The notes under the pieces are model-generated. The model saw only the letters and a list, made by a program, of their open reading frames with translations. It was not told where the DNA came from and did no database searches. A stretch of 38,905 bases of DNA from an uncultured Candidatus Bathyarchaeia archaeon (lineage in GTDB: Archaea; Thermoproteota; Bathyarchaeia; Bathyarchaeales; Bathycorpusculaceae). The stretch is taken from assembly GCA_964432815.1 (NCBI GenBank), contig CAYSOZ010000001.1, positions 1 through 38,905 on the forward strand. The letters are read 5' to 3'. The translations under genes were made by a program, and so were the position numbers. Shown piece by piece: positions 28,110-37,306 of this stretch; position 1 is the first letter of the stretch; each line of letters starts with the position of its first letter.

Positions 28110-29117
28110 ATGAAACTGCCGCCAGGAAAAATCCCTATAGACGTGCTGAAAGAAGTGGTTTTCAAGAACCTCGGCGCTGAACGTGAAGAGGTTGTTGTAG
28201 GTCCATCAGCTGGGATTGACGGTGCAGTCATCAATGTGGGGGACAAATCCGTAGTAATTTCCATGGATCCCATCACTGGGGCTATCGAACGAATCGGTTG
28301 GCTTGCAGTCAATGTGAATGCCAATGACATCGCTACATTCGGCGTGGAACCTTCCTTTTTCTTCTCATGCATACTCCTTCCTGAGGGTGCGCACAAAGAC
28401 CTCGTAGACATGATTAGCACCCAGATGCACGATGCAGCCCGAAATTTGGGCGTAGCTATCGTAGGCGGTCATTGCGAAACAACGCCAGGCTTGGCAAAGC
28501 CCATTGTCGTGGGCTGTATTATGGGTTTGACCGAAAAAGGCAGGTACGTTACAGCCGCTGGAGCAAAAGCAGGGGACAAAATTATTTTAACGAAGACTGC
28601 AGGCATAGAAGGGACCGCGATCTTAGCCACAGACAGGGAAAGGGAGATAGCAAAGAGATTCAGCAGAGTTGCCGTGGAAAACGCCAAAGATTTCTATTGC
28701 AGAATCAGCGTTGTCAAAGACGCCATGACCGCTTGGAGAACTGGAGGAGTCCATGCCATGCACGACCCAACAGAAGGAGGAGTCGCAGGAGGAATCCATG
28801 AAATCGCTGATGCATCCCGCTTGGGAGTGAGAATCTTCAGGGAGAATATTCCAGTTGCTCCTGAAACTTCTGGGATATGCAGATATTTCAAAATCGATCC
28901 GTTGCAACTGATAAGCTCGGGGGCTTTGCTTATTTCGGCAGATCCGAAGAAAGCAAAAGACATTACCGAGAATCTTGAGGGTGAAAATATCCAAGCTTCA
29001 ATAATAGGTGAATTCCTAGGAAAGTCAAACGAAAGAGTTTTAGTAATCAAGGACGGTAGAACAAAGACTTTGCCGCGACCGGTTTCAGATCATCTTTGGA
29101 CCGCATTAGCGCGATGA
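28110..29117 (+). CDS. AIR synthase (PurM/ThiL/HypE/SelD superfamily)-related protein
   Basis: GIDGAV, DPIT, NANDIA, GGHCE, GDKIILTK, AMHDPTEGG, SSGALL. Confidence 0.88.
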   Translation: MKLPPGKIPIDVLKEVVFKNLGAEREEVVVGPSAGIDGAVINVGDKSVVISMDPITGAIERIGWLAVNVNANDIATFGVEPSFFFSCILLPEGAHKDLVDMISTQMHDAARNLGVAIVGGHCETTPGLAKPIVVGCIMGLTEKGRYVTAAGAKAGDKIILTKTAGIEGTAILATDREREIAKRFSRVAVENAKDFYCRISVVKDAMTAWRTGGVHAMHDPTEGGVAGGIHEIADASRLGVRIFRENIPVAPETSGICRYFKIDPLQLISSGALLISADPKKAKDITENLEGENIQASIIGEFLGKSNERVLVIKDGRTKTLPRPVSDHLWTALAR

Positions 29118-29860
29118 AAATTCTCCGGTATCTGGAGTGCAAACTGAACAAACCAATAAAGCAAGAAAAACGGATAATAAAATCCATAAGTCAACATCCG
29201 CGAATAGAGTAGGCCGCAGCGGAATTCTACTATAGCCTGTGAGACACCGTTTTGCAGTCTCCAGTTTCCAGGCGGCTTGTAATGCAAACAGTAAATATCG
29301 TCGCCGATCACAGTCTTGTAGCCGCGCTCTTTTATCCAGTTGATGATGAACGCGTCTTCATAAGCATGTAGTTGCTCTGGAATCTCGATTCCCTTCACAG
29401 CGTCTGTACGAATTAGGGTGTCGTGCATTCCGCCTCTGATACCGAAACATTGCCGCGCTATCAAGCTCTGAAACTGCATAATACGCTCATCCTTGACTCC
29501 CGGAATCACATCGATGTTTACTCCCCAAACAGCGCCGACATCACTAGTCAACCATTTTTTTGCTTTCTCAAACCAGCCTTTGCTGAGGATGACATCGCTG
29601 TCAACGAAAACAAACGATTCCGTTTCAACCTGGTCAATGCCTCTCTGCCTTGCCCTGGCTCTAGAACCATCCACATTCAGCGTTTTGACATTCCCGTTTT
29701 TCCGTTTCAGTTTGTTTATAATATCCATAGTGTGGTCGGTTGAAAAGCCGTCAACCGCTATCAGGTTGTTAACTGGAACGTTCTCGTAGATGGAGGCAAT
29801 GCATTTCTCAAGAAGGTAGTCGCTGTTTTTCGTCAGCAATACAACATCAACTGCCTGCAT
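29090..29860 (-). CDS. GT2 glycosyltransferase (tandem paralogue A)
   Basis: VDVVLLTKNS, VDGFSTDHT, FVDSDV, YED. GGAGG RBS. Confidence 0.9.
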   Translation of the reverse strand: MQAVDVVLLTKNSDYLLEKCIASIYENVPVNNLIAVDGFSTDHTMDIINKLKRKNGNVKTLNVDGSRARARQRGIDQVETESFVFVDSDVILSKGWFEKAKKWLTSDVGAVWGVNIDVIPGVKDERIMQFQSLIARQCFGIRGGMHDTLIRTDAVKGIEIPEQLHAYEDAFIINWIKERGYKTVIGDDIYCLHYKPPGNWRLQNGVSQAIVEFRCGLLYSRMLTYGFYYPFFLLYWFVQFALQIPENFHRANAVQR

Positions 29861-29979
29861 CACAGTCTCCTCCGTGTTTCCGCTGAAGCTTCCTTGTTGA
29901 TTTCGTGATACTGATGCAACATATAAGAATATAGACCTATTCGAAACTTGTGCTCTGAGGCCTCTGCGGCTTAGGAGCT

Positions 29980-30708
29980 TTATGTCTTGTTTGTGAACAA
30001 CTGATATATGGAATATGCAGTGTAAAAACCGTAAGCGAGTACTAGTCTGATAATCAACCTTGGGCTACCGCACCTTATGGCTTCAGTTATTATTCTTGAG
30101 CTGCCTTTTAAGGTCCACACATCTTCAGGTCTGAAGTGAATGCAGTATGGAGTATAGCAGGCAATTACTTGGTAGCCTTTCTCAGTTATCCAGTCTTTGA
30201 TATAGGAGTCTTCAAAAACGTGAAGGTTTGTTGGTATTTGGATATCTTTGACTAAACTGGTGCGGATAAGCGTGTCGTGAGTCCCTCCCCGGAGATCAAA
30301 TATCTTTTTGGTTATCCACAAAAACATCTTTAGCGTAGCTTTGTTTTTGATTGTTGACCACACTTCGATTCCCCAAACCGCTCCCACATCATTGTCGACG
30401 CAACTCAGAGCTTTTTTGTACCAATCCTTGCACAGGACAACGTCGCTGTCTACGAACATGAACCATTCGGTCTCGACATTGGTGATTCCCTTCTGCCTAG
30501 CTGTTGCTCGCGTACCGTCATCTTGAATTATCAGAACGTTATGGTATTTATCGTCAAATCGTCTAAGGATGTCGATTGTGCTGTCTACGGAATAGCTATC
30601 GACGACTATCAGCCGCGCTACGGGCACATTTCGATAGATCGACCTGAGGCAGCTTTCAAGAACTTTCTCACTGTTTTTAGTCAGAAGTATAACATCAACG
30701 GGACCCAT
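29980..30708 (-). CDS. GT2 glycosyltransferase (tandem paralogue B)
   Basis: VDVILLTKNS, VDSYSVDST, FVDSDV, FED. Confidence 0.9.
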   Translation of the reverse strand: MGPVDVILLTKNSEKVLESCLRSIYRNVPVARLIVVDSYSVDSTIDILRRFDDKYHNVLIIQDDGTRATARQKGITNVETEWFMFVDSDVVLCKDWYKKALSCVDNDVGAVWGIEVWSTIKNKATLKMFLWITKKIFDLRGGTHDTLIRTSLVKDIQIPTNLHVFEDSYIKDWITEKGYQVIACYTPYCIHFRPEDVWTLKGSSRIITEAIRCGSPRLIIRLVLAYGFYTAYSIYQLFTNKT

Positions 30709-30874
30709 AATTACATCTCATCACTCTAATCGAAATAATAGCGACTGAAAGTAAACGCTTTTCTATCCAGCCACGTATTTTTTTAGATGACAATCAGACC
30801 AGCCAATCTACGCAAATGCGCTGTATGGTTTTTATAGTCCTGGTCTAAATACTTTAGCATCAACTGATCGGCTA

Positions 30875-31960
30875 GTGAAACCTTATTTGACCTCGAAAAT
30901 CAAGAAAACTGCAGCTGTCGCGGCGCGCTCGCTTATCCCAAACAAGCCTCATCACGCCCAATGGATGATAACAAGGAAATGCAACTACCGTTGCAGAGGC
31001 TGCAATGTCTGGAAAGAACAAGACCAGAAAGAACTATCAACCAACGAAATAAAGAAAGGCTTAGACATACTTAAGAAACTCGGCATCGTGGAACTCGTGC
31101 TTTCCGGAGGAGACCCCCTCCTGCGAAAAGATGCAGAAGAGATAATAAATTACGCTTCAAAACTTTTCGTCACAACAGTATATGACAATGGCAGCATGGC
31201 AGCCAAAAAGATTGAGGCATTACGAAACGTCGATTTCGTGGCAATCTCAATAGACAGCTTGGACCCGGAAAGAAATGACTACATAAAAGGTGTGCCAGGA
31301 GCCTGGAAATCAGCCGTTGAAACTGTAGAAACCTTACACAACGAAGGAATAAATGTAGCCGTCACACCAACGATTTCACAACTAAACCTGCATGAAATCT
31401 TGGATATCACAAATCATTTTTCAAGGAAAGGAATCCCTCTTTGGTACTGTCTCTACTCGTTTGACACGTCAAATGATGTGAATCAGCTCTTTCGAATAGG
31501 CAGGAGCAACGATGAATTCGTAATAAAGGATTCGCAGGCAATGGTAAAGCTGTGCGATGATCTTAAAGAGATGAAGAAGACAAACAGAAACATACTCGTC
31601 ACAGATAAGCTTCTAAACACAGTTGGAAAACTGTATGAAACGGGCAATCGGACATGGAAGTGCCGCGCACTCCGTGACTTTCTCGTAGTTGATCATTTAG
31701 GCAGAATTGCTGGGTGCCACAGTCACAATTTCGCAGGATCCATATTCGACCTGCCCAAAAAGTGGAATAGCAAGGAATTTAAGCTGTTGCGTAAGAATTA
31801 CAAAGATTGCACACAATGCACCTATCTATGTTATATCTTCTATTCCCTTCACGGAAGCCCTTACGGCAACTTGACTCTGGCTATGGACCAATGGAAGAAT
31901 GCAGGATTTCTCTTGAAAAAAAGCAACTCTAAGCCTCAAACTTCGGCAAGACTTCGATAA
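30875..31960 (+). CDS. Radical SAM protein with Twitch/SPASM-like C-terminal domain
   Basis: CNYRCRGC, SGGDP, ISIDS. C-terminal WKC...GRIAGC...CTQCTYLC. Confidence 0.9.
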   Translation: MKPYLTSKIKKTAAVAARSLIPNKPHHAQWMITRKCNYRCRGCNVWKEQDQKELSTNEIKKGLDILKKLGIVELVLSGGDPLLRKDAEEIINYASKLFVTTVYDNGSMAAKKIEALRNVDFVAISIDSLDPERNDYIKGVPGAWKSAVETVETLHNEGINVAVTPTISQLNLHEILDITNHFSRKGIPLWYCLYSFDTSNDVNQLFRIGRSNDEFVIKDSQAMVKLCDDLKEMKKTNRNILVTDKLLNTVGKLYETGNRTWKCRALRDFLVVDHLGRIAGCHSHNFAGSIFDLPKKWNSKEFKLLRKNYKDCTQCTYLCYIFYSLHGSPYGNLTLAMDQWKNAGFLLKKSNSKPQTSARLR

Positions 31961-32258
31961 TGGCTGCGACGCTATGAATCAGTGAAAGATCAAAATCTCT
32001 TTCCCATTCAAATTCAACTTTGTCCAAAGGGACAATTCCATACAGAAAACTCAATTTAGGGGTGGGAATCTTGTCCATTATCAAACGCGGTCCCCTATCC
32101 CTCGGCTTTTTCAATTCTATTATAGCGGGCAAAAAAAGTATAAAAATAAGAAAAGGACTCACCACAAAGAGAACGATCAATGCCGATGTCGGATCAAGAT
32201 CAAAAGCCGCTCCAAGGAAATTAAGATCTAATTCCGGAATAACGATTTTCACCTCCAT
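31929..32258 (-). CDS. Small single-TM hypothetical protein
   Basis: Hydrophobic helix followed by LPAIIELKKPRDRGP. Overlaps the upstream GT2 end. Start uncertain. Confidence 0.55.
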   Translation of the reverse strand: MEVKIVIPELDLNFLGAAFDLDPTSALIVLFVVSPFLIFILFLPAIIELKKPRDRGPRLIMDKIPTPKLSFLYGIVPLDKVEFEWERDFDLSLIHSVAAIIEVLPKFEA

Positions 32259-33519
32259 TATGGTTAGTCTTAGCCCAAGAATTCTTCTGTTTTCGCAGTA
32301 TCTTTGAAAAAATGAGATCAAAGAAAGCTTTTGTGCAAATGAGTATGTTGAACAAGTACGAAAAAAGCAATAAAGGAATCAGCCATTGAATTCTTGTTCT
32401 CTCATCCAGGTACGTACCAATACCGATCTCAAAAAAAGGAGCAGAATTTGCCGCTAGAATGTACAACGACATGGGAGTAAAATACCACATGGTGTAGACC
32501 GCAGGTGAGGGTTCAAACAAAACAAGCATTATGCCTGCCAACCATGAAAAAAGAGTTGCCACCGGCAGGAAATACAAATGCAGGAGAAGCAAACCGTCGA
32601 TTTTCTCTTTTAAGCAAAGTTTCCTGCTTTTCACTACACTCCAACCGTGCTTGAAACACACCTGCATGTGCCCCAGAGCCCACCTATGCCTCTGTTTCCA
32701 GTAGGCACTCCAACTGTCAACAGCTTCTTCATAGCATTCAGCATCGTCTATATAGCGGACTTTATAGCCATGAAGGCGAGCGAGAAAGGTCAAATCAGTA
32801 TCCTCGGTCAACATTGACTCGTCAAGAGAGCCTATCTCTTCCAGAAAAGCCCGACGAAAACCTCCAACGGTGCCACCAAATTGGGGCGTCAGACCAAGAT
32901 TGTCACGTGCTTTTTGACCTATGCAATAGCCACCTATCCTCTCCAAAGCTATGATTTTTGTCACAAGATTCTTTGGTTCATTGTACACTACAGGGCGTCC
33001 TTGTATTGCGCCCACATTAGGGTTAACGAATCCTCTTACGAGTTTTTCGACAATGTCTATCTGGGGAATATAATCTGCATCGAAAAAAAGCACGATTACA
33101 CCGGTCAGTAGGTGCAAGCAAGAGTTTATCGCTGAAGGCTTGCCTTTGCCGCCAGTCTTCTTGTCTCTGTGAATCACTCTGATAAAACTATAGTGCTTAG
33201 AATATTCTTCGGCAATTTGTCCAGTAGCGTCAGATGATGCATCATTTATGACTATGACCTCCTTTAGCTTCTCCATAGGGTATGTTAACTCAGTCATCCG
33301 CTGGAGCAACTGGCCAATTACTTTTTCTTCATTACGAGCAGGAATCACTATGGAGACGGTTGGCTCATAGAGGTGGTCTTCGAAATCGTCTGAGCAAGAA
33401 TTGTCGGATTTCCGTAGCGCTGTGAACGTGAAAATATAATGTCTGAATAGATAGCCCACTATCACCACGGTATAGAAGCCAATCATAAGTTTGAGAGCCT
33501 GAATGATCAATTTCTTCAT
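32221..33519 (-). CDS. Membrane GT2, cellulose-synthase/PgaC-like (D,D,D,QxxRW)
   Basis: IPARNEE, DASSD, GKPSA, FDAD, TEDTD, QRHRW, N- and C-terminal TMs. Confidence 0.92.
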   Translation of the reverse strand: MKKLIIQALKLMIGFYTVVIVGYLFRHYIFTFTALRKSDNSCSDDFEDHLYEPTVSIVIPARNEEKVIGQLLQRMTELTYPMEKLKEVIVINDASSDATGQIAEEYSKHYSFIRVIHRDKKTGGKGKPSAINSCLHLLTGVIVLFFDADYIPQIDIVEKLVRGFVNPNVGAIQGRPVVYNEPKNLVTKIIALERIGGYCIGQKARDNLGLTPQFGGTVGGFRRAFLEEIGSLDESMLTEDTDLTFLARLHGYKVRYIDDAECYEEAVDSWSAYWKQRHRWALGHMQVCFKHGWSVVKSRKLCLKEKIDGLLLLHLYFLPVATLFSWLAGIMLVLFEPSPAVYTMWYFTPMSLYILAANSAPFFEIGIGTYLDERTRIQWLIPLLLFSYLFNILICTKAFFDLIFSKILRKQKNSWAKTNHNGGENRYSGIRS

Positions 33520-33893
33520 CTCCGTCTTTTTGCTTGGCTAGAGAGAGCAGCCAAACTTAGTGACCAGAAAGTCACTATCCACATGAAATTGAAAAATGGA
33601 TAGAGAATTACGTAGACCAAACTGAATGGATCTCCGAAAATCAGACAGCCTGCACTGTGGAAAAGTCGATAATAGAAGTTGCAGAAAACGCCTAGAACAT
33701 TGCCCAATGCTAGCAAACCCAGTTTTCTATTGAGAGGGGCCTTCAGGATGAAAGTCATTGAAACAAAAAGCAGATTGAACCACAGAAGATTTACTGTTGA
33801 CTCAAGATTGATGAATCGAAAAGAAATAAGCAGACATATGGCGACTGCTTCCAAGAAGAGCATCGCAAAGACAGGATTGTCTTTGAACTGCAC
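33516..33893 (-). CDS. Hypothetical integral membrane protein (about 4 TM)
   Basis: Hydrophobic ORF with GGAGGTGA RBS and ATGA overlap with the GT2. Confidence 0.7.
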   Translation of the reverse strand: MQFKDNPVFAMLFLEAVAICLLISFRFINLESTVNLLWFNLLFVSMTFILKAPLNRKLGLLALGNVLGVFCNFYYRLFHSAGCLIFGDPFSLVYVILYPFFNFMWIVTFWSLSLAALSSQAKRRR

Positions 33894-34025
33894 CTATCCC
33901 TCACCTCCGCATCAAGACGGCTTAGAAAATGGGTAGTATATTGCAATTCAATTTTAACAATTGCGGTAGGCTTAAATAACGCGCCTCAGCAGAGCACAAA
34001 AATAGAGATAGTTGCAATACAGATG

Positions 34026-34634
34026 CTAGTTTATTTTATTGAATACCAAATTATCGACAACGTCACAGAGAACATGATAAACCTCGTTTGCCTTCAGATT
34101 GTCTGTGTCTAAAATGAAATTGAAAGGCTCAAAATCCTCTCCAAGAGTGAAACCGTAGAGTTTCTTGTAGATGGCTTTTGTGCTTCCCTCTTTCTCTTTC
34201 AAAACAGCCGTAGCTTCCTTCAACGAGATCTTGTCGCGTTTTGCTATTCGCTCTGCTCTTTTTTCTACGGAAGCTGAAAGCCATATTTTGAAGCCAGTAT
34301 TCAAAAGCCAGGGCATCGCCCAGCTATCCAGAAGAACATTCCCTTGTTTTGCATACTCCAGAAGTTTATTATCCACTGCCTTGTCGAATCTCGGGTCTTT
34401 TTTCCTTCTCTGTAGGAACCGGAGACCTTCTGAGGTTTCCCACCACCCTTGAATGGACACGCTGCAACCTTCAGCCGCTGCTAGTTCCTTCAGAGCGTCT
34501 CCGCCTGAATAATAGCGAAGTCTGTATTTCCTGGCCAGTTTCTTGGCTAAAGTGGATTTTCCAGTCCCGGCCATTCCGGAAATGCATAGGACTATTCTCT
34601 CGCCCTTCTTTGTGCCCCGTTCAGCACTGTTCAT
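34026..34634 (-). CDS. cmk: Cytidylate kinase, archaeal type
   Basis: ISGMAGTGKST, YSGG, DKAVD, KIWLSAS..KRAERI..RD, IYKKLYG. Conserved position after DUF106. Confidence 0.9.
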   Translation of the reverse strand: MNSAERGTKKGERIVLCISGMAGTGKSTLAKKLARKYRLRYYSGGDALKELAAAEGCSVSIQGWWETSEGLRFLQRRKKDPRFDKAVDNKLLEYAKQGNVLLDSWAMPWLLNTGFKIWLSASVEKRAERIAKRDKISLKEATAVLKEKEGSTKAIYKKLYGFTLGEDFEPFNFILDTDNLKANEVYHVLCDVVDNLVFNKIN

Positions 34635-34662
34635 AAAGCTGCCTCAGGAAGTTCAGTCTCTA

Positions 34663-35124
34663 TTATTCCATCGGGGTTACGCCTAACAGCTTAGACACTA
34701 AAGTTCCGAACAGGAAAGAGCAGAGCATGTACCAATAGAGTACAGGTATTCCGCCCATGCCCGGTACAACAGCAACGGAACTTGCGCCGTACACTGGCGT
34801 AAGGAAGAATATCCATATCAGAATATAAACAAAACCGATTGGGAATAGCAATAATTGAGGTTTACTCATTTTCATATTCATTTGGTTTATCTGCGCATCT
34901 TTCTTCTTCAGTTTTTCAATCATTTTCTTATCATTCGCACGTACAGCCTTCATAGTCGCAGATCGATGTTCAGCGATCTCTTTCTGCATCACCCTATACT
35001 CTTCCCATCCGACCATACGGCTGACCAACAATCGGTTAATCGTCATGTTGATTAATGAAACAGCAAAAGTAATGAGCAAAATCAACACTGTAGAAAAAGG
35101 TATTACTGCAATATCGATCGACAT
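34663..35124 (-). CDS. DUF106 / EMC3-TMCO1 (Oxa1 superfamily) membrane insertase
   Basis: TM, coiled coil, TM, then WYMLCSF motif. Downstream of secY. Confidence 0.88.
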   Translation of the reverse strand: MSIDIAVIPFSTVLILLITFAVSLINMTINRLLVSRMVGWEEYRVMQKEIAEHRSATMKAVRANDKKMIEKLKKKDAQINQMNMKMSKPQLLLFPIGFVYILIWIFFLTPVYGASSVAVVPGMGGIPVLYWYMLCSFLFGTLVSKLLGVTPME

Positions 35125-35435
35125 ATTCTGTTTTTCCCCGCTTTACGATGGGTTCTTTTAAGCCTATTTGTTTTCTTGTTAATAACCATTTTCGATACTT
35201 TTTTCTTCTGATTGCAGCGCATGTGCGTTTTCCTAAATCGTTTTAGAGCGTGTCTGGTGCCTCTCTATTAAGATGTCGAGCCGCAGGAGAAGAACAACAA
35301 CAACGATTTTTTCTCAAGCACAAAACCGTTTTTCTTTCACACACTCACTCTTTCTGAATATCATGGGAATAGGCAAGCGCCCCAGTAACCACAGAGAAAA
35401 CAGAAAGCAGGAAACTTGTGCCCTAGCCTGAGAGA

Positions 35436-36857
35436 CTATTCTCCTAGGATCCTTCTGAAAGCAGGAAACATCTCCGAAGCCCTTTCACGCATCAGCAGTT
35501 CATAATACTGATAAATTATGCCCACAGCTAGCATGATGCCCACTCCAGAGCCGAAACAGCCCAAGAAATCCGCTATACCAGCGATCAAACCTATAATTAT
35601 ACCACCAAGGACGGTAACGACCGGAATGTAACGCTTCAAGATCGTTTCTATGGGACGCCCTGATCGTCTGTAACCTGGAATCTGCATTCCTGCATCCATG
35701 AGCTGCTTCGCAACTTTGTCCGGTCCAAGACCGCCAACCTCAAGCCAGATGAGCGAGAAGACAGCGCAAAAAGCCACTAGGATGCCCAAGTACACAGCTG
35801 CTCTCACGGGCTCAGCCATCACGTTCTGAATCGTGTTGGGAGACGTCACGTAATAAGCTAGTCCCCCCGCAGGCTGGACGCTGGTCTGATTACCCGAAGT
35901 CACATACTTGTACGATCCTATGATATCGATTAAGAGATTTTCTCCTGGTTGAGGTTGTCCTTGCGTGCTCCAGATAAGTTGGCTAAAGAAGTAAACGTTA
36001 GCGAAAAGTGCAGAAGCAAAGATGACTGGCAGGTTGGAAACATACATTAGTTTAATCGGATATCGACTGCGAAAGCCTTTATACCCGGCATATGTCAGCG
36101 GAAGTTCAACTCTCACTCCTTGCAAGTAGATTACCGCTAAGAATGCGCCGATTGTGGCTATGAAGCCTATAAGGGAACTTGCATAGGCTTCCCCGAGTAT
36201 CCATGCTGTTAATGATTGTTGGCCACTCAGCAACAGAGAAAGCGATCCCACAAAAAGACCTGACTGTGGAGAGAATGAGGACCACATCACGTTTTGGGCT
36301 ACTCCTGCCATGATGAAGAGGCTAATTCCACTACCAAGTCCCCATCCCTTCTGAACCAGCTCATCCAGCAGCATCACAATTACACCGGCTGCCAGAAGCT
36401 GCATAAATATCACTATTGCAGCAGTACCGAGGGACCCAAAGTTGCCGTACATGCCACTTATGAGGTAAGCCCCAGCCTGTACACCCGTTAAAACAATGGA
36501 GAAGACCTTGCTGGCTATTGTGAAAAGGCCACGGTCTTCCGGGTTTGACATGTCGCATTTTATTATGGCTGAGCCAGAAAGCAGTTGAAGGATTAAGCCT
36601 GCAGTGACTATGGGACCAATGCCGAGTTCCATGAGGGTGCCGCGGTTTGAGGCAAATATCACTCTCAGCGCGCCAAATTGGTCCTGAATGTCTGAAGTAA
36701 TCCCGTAGAGAGATATCTCGGACATTACTAGATAGACTATTAAAACTATGGCTGTCCAGAAGATTTTTTCGTTGAAACTGACTTTGCGTGCCGGGACTTT
36801 GATCTCAGGCAATATTCTTCCTAGTGGTTTGAAAAGACTTAGGAACCTTCCGGCCAT
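35436..36857 (-). CDS. secY: Preprotein translocase subunit SecY (Sec61 alpha)
   Basis: GTLMELGIGPIVTAG, GWGLGSGISLFI, YPIKLMYVSNLP, IPGYRR, YIP.VT.LGG. Confidence 0.98.
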   Translation of the reverse strand: MAGRFLSLFKPLGRILPEIKVPARKVSFNEKIFWTAIVLIVYLVMSEISLYGITSDIQDQFGALRVIFASNRGTLMELGIGPIVTAGLILQLLSGSAIIKCDMSNPEDRGLFTIASKVFSIVLTGVQAGAYLISGMYGNFGSLGTAAIVIFMQLLAAGVIVMLLDELVQKGWGLGSGISLFIMAGVAQNVMWSSFSPQSGLFVGSLSLLLSGQQSLTAWILGEAYASSLIGFIATIGAFLAVIYLQGVRVELPLTYAGYKGFRSRYPIKLMYVSNLPVIFASALFANVYFFSQLIWSTQGQPQPGENLLIDIIGSYKYVTSGNQTSVQPAGGLAYYVTSPNTIQNVMAEPVRAAVYLGILVAFCAVFSLIWLEVGGLGPDKVAKQLMDAGMQIPGYRRSGRPIETILKRYIPVVTVLGGIIIGLIAGIADFLGCFGSGVGIMLAVGIIYQYYELLMRERASEMFPAFRRILGE

Positions 36858-36866
36858 TTACTGATG

Positions 36867-37301
36867 CTACTCTCCATGTTCCTGAGATACCGGCAATATT
36901 TCTCCGCCAGCTTGTTTTATTTTTTCAGCGGCGGTTTTTGAGTAGGCTGCAATATTAACGGTCATGGGCTTTGTGATTCTCCCTGTGCCAAGCAGCTTAG
37001 TATAACCTAAGCTTGTTAGGTCCACACGAAACTTGCCTTCTTCAGAAGGGAACCTCTGAGATAGTTCCTCAAGTTTTTCGAGGTTCAGTGTTTTTTCTTT
37101 ATGCTTGAGGCTCTGCGGTGATGTGAAGCCGTGTTTGCCAAAGTAGTCGGGTTCGTATGTTGTTACGTAGCTCCACAAGTGTTTGTGGCGTCCTACTTTT
37201 CTCTGCCCTTTTGAGCCTGCGTCGCGGTGTTGCCCTATTCTTCCGTATCCTTGTGTTCTGGATCCTCGAGTCTTCCTGATTTTCCTTAGTTTGTGTGGCA
37301 T
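36867..37301 (-). CDS. rpl15: 50S ribosomal protein uL15
   Basis: RKTRGSRTQGYGRIGQHR, YFGKHGF, GYTKLLGTG, AAEKIKQAGG. Confidence 0.96.
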   Translation of the reverse strand: MPHKLRKIRKTRGSRTQGYGRIGQHRDAGSKGQRKVGRHKHLWSYVTTYEPDYFGKHGFTSPQSLKHKEKTLNLEKLEELSQRFPSEEGKFRVDLTSLGYTKLLGTGRITKPMTVNIAAYSKTAAEKIKQAGGEILPVSQEHGE

Positions 37302-37306
37302 CGTTT

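Noticed and set aside
30875-31960. Assigning this radical SAM as GDGT ring synthase or another named lipid enzyme
   Set aside because: It has no B12-binding domain, and I cannot match a diagnostic motif, so only a family-level call is supported.
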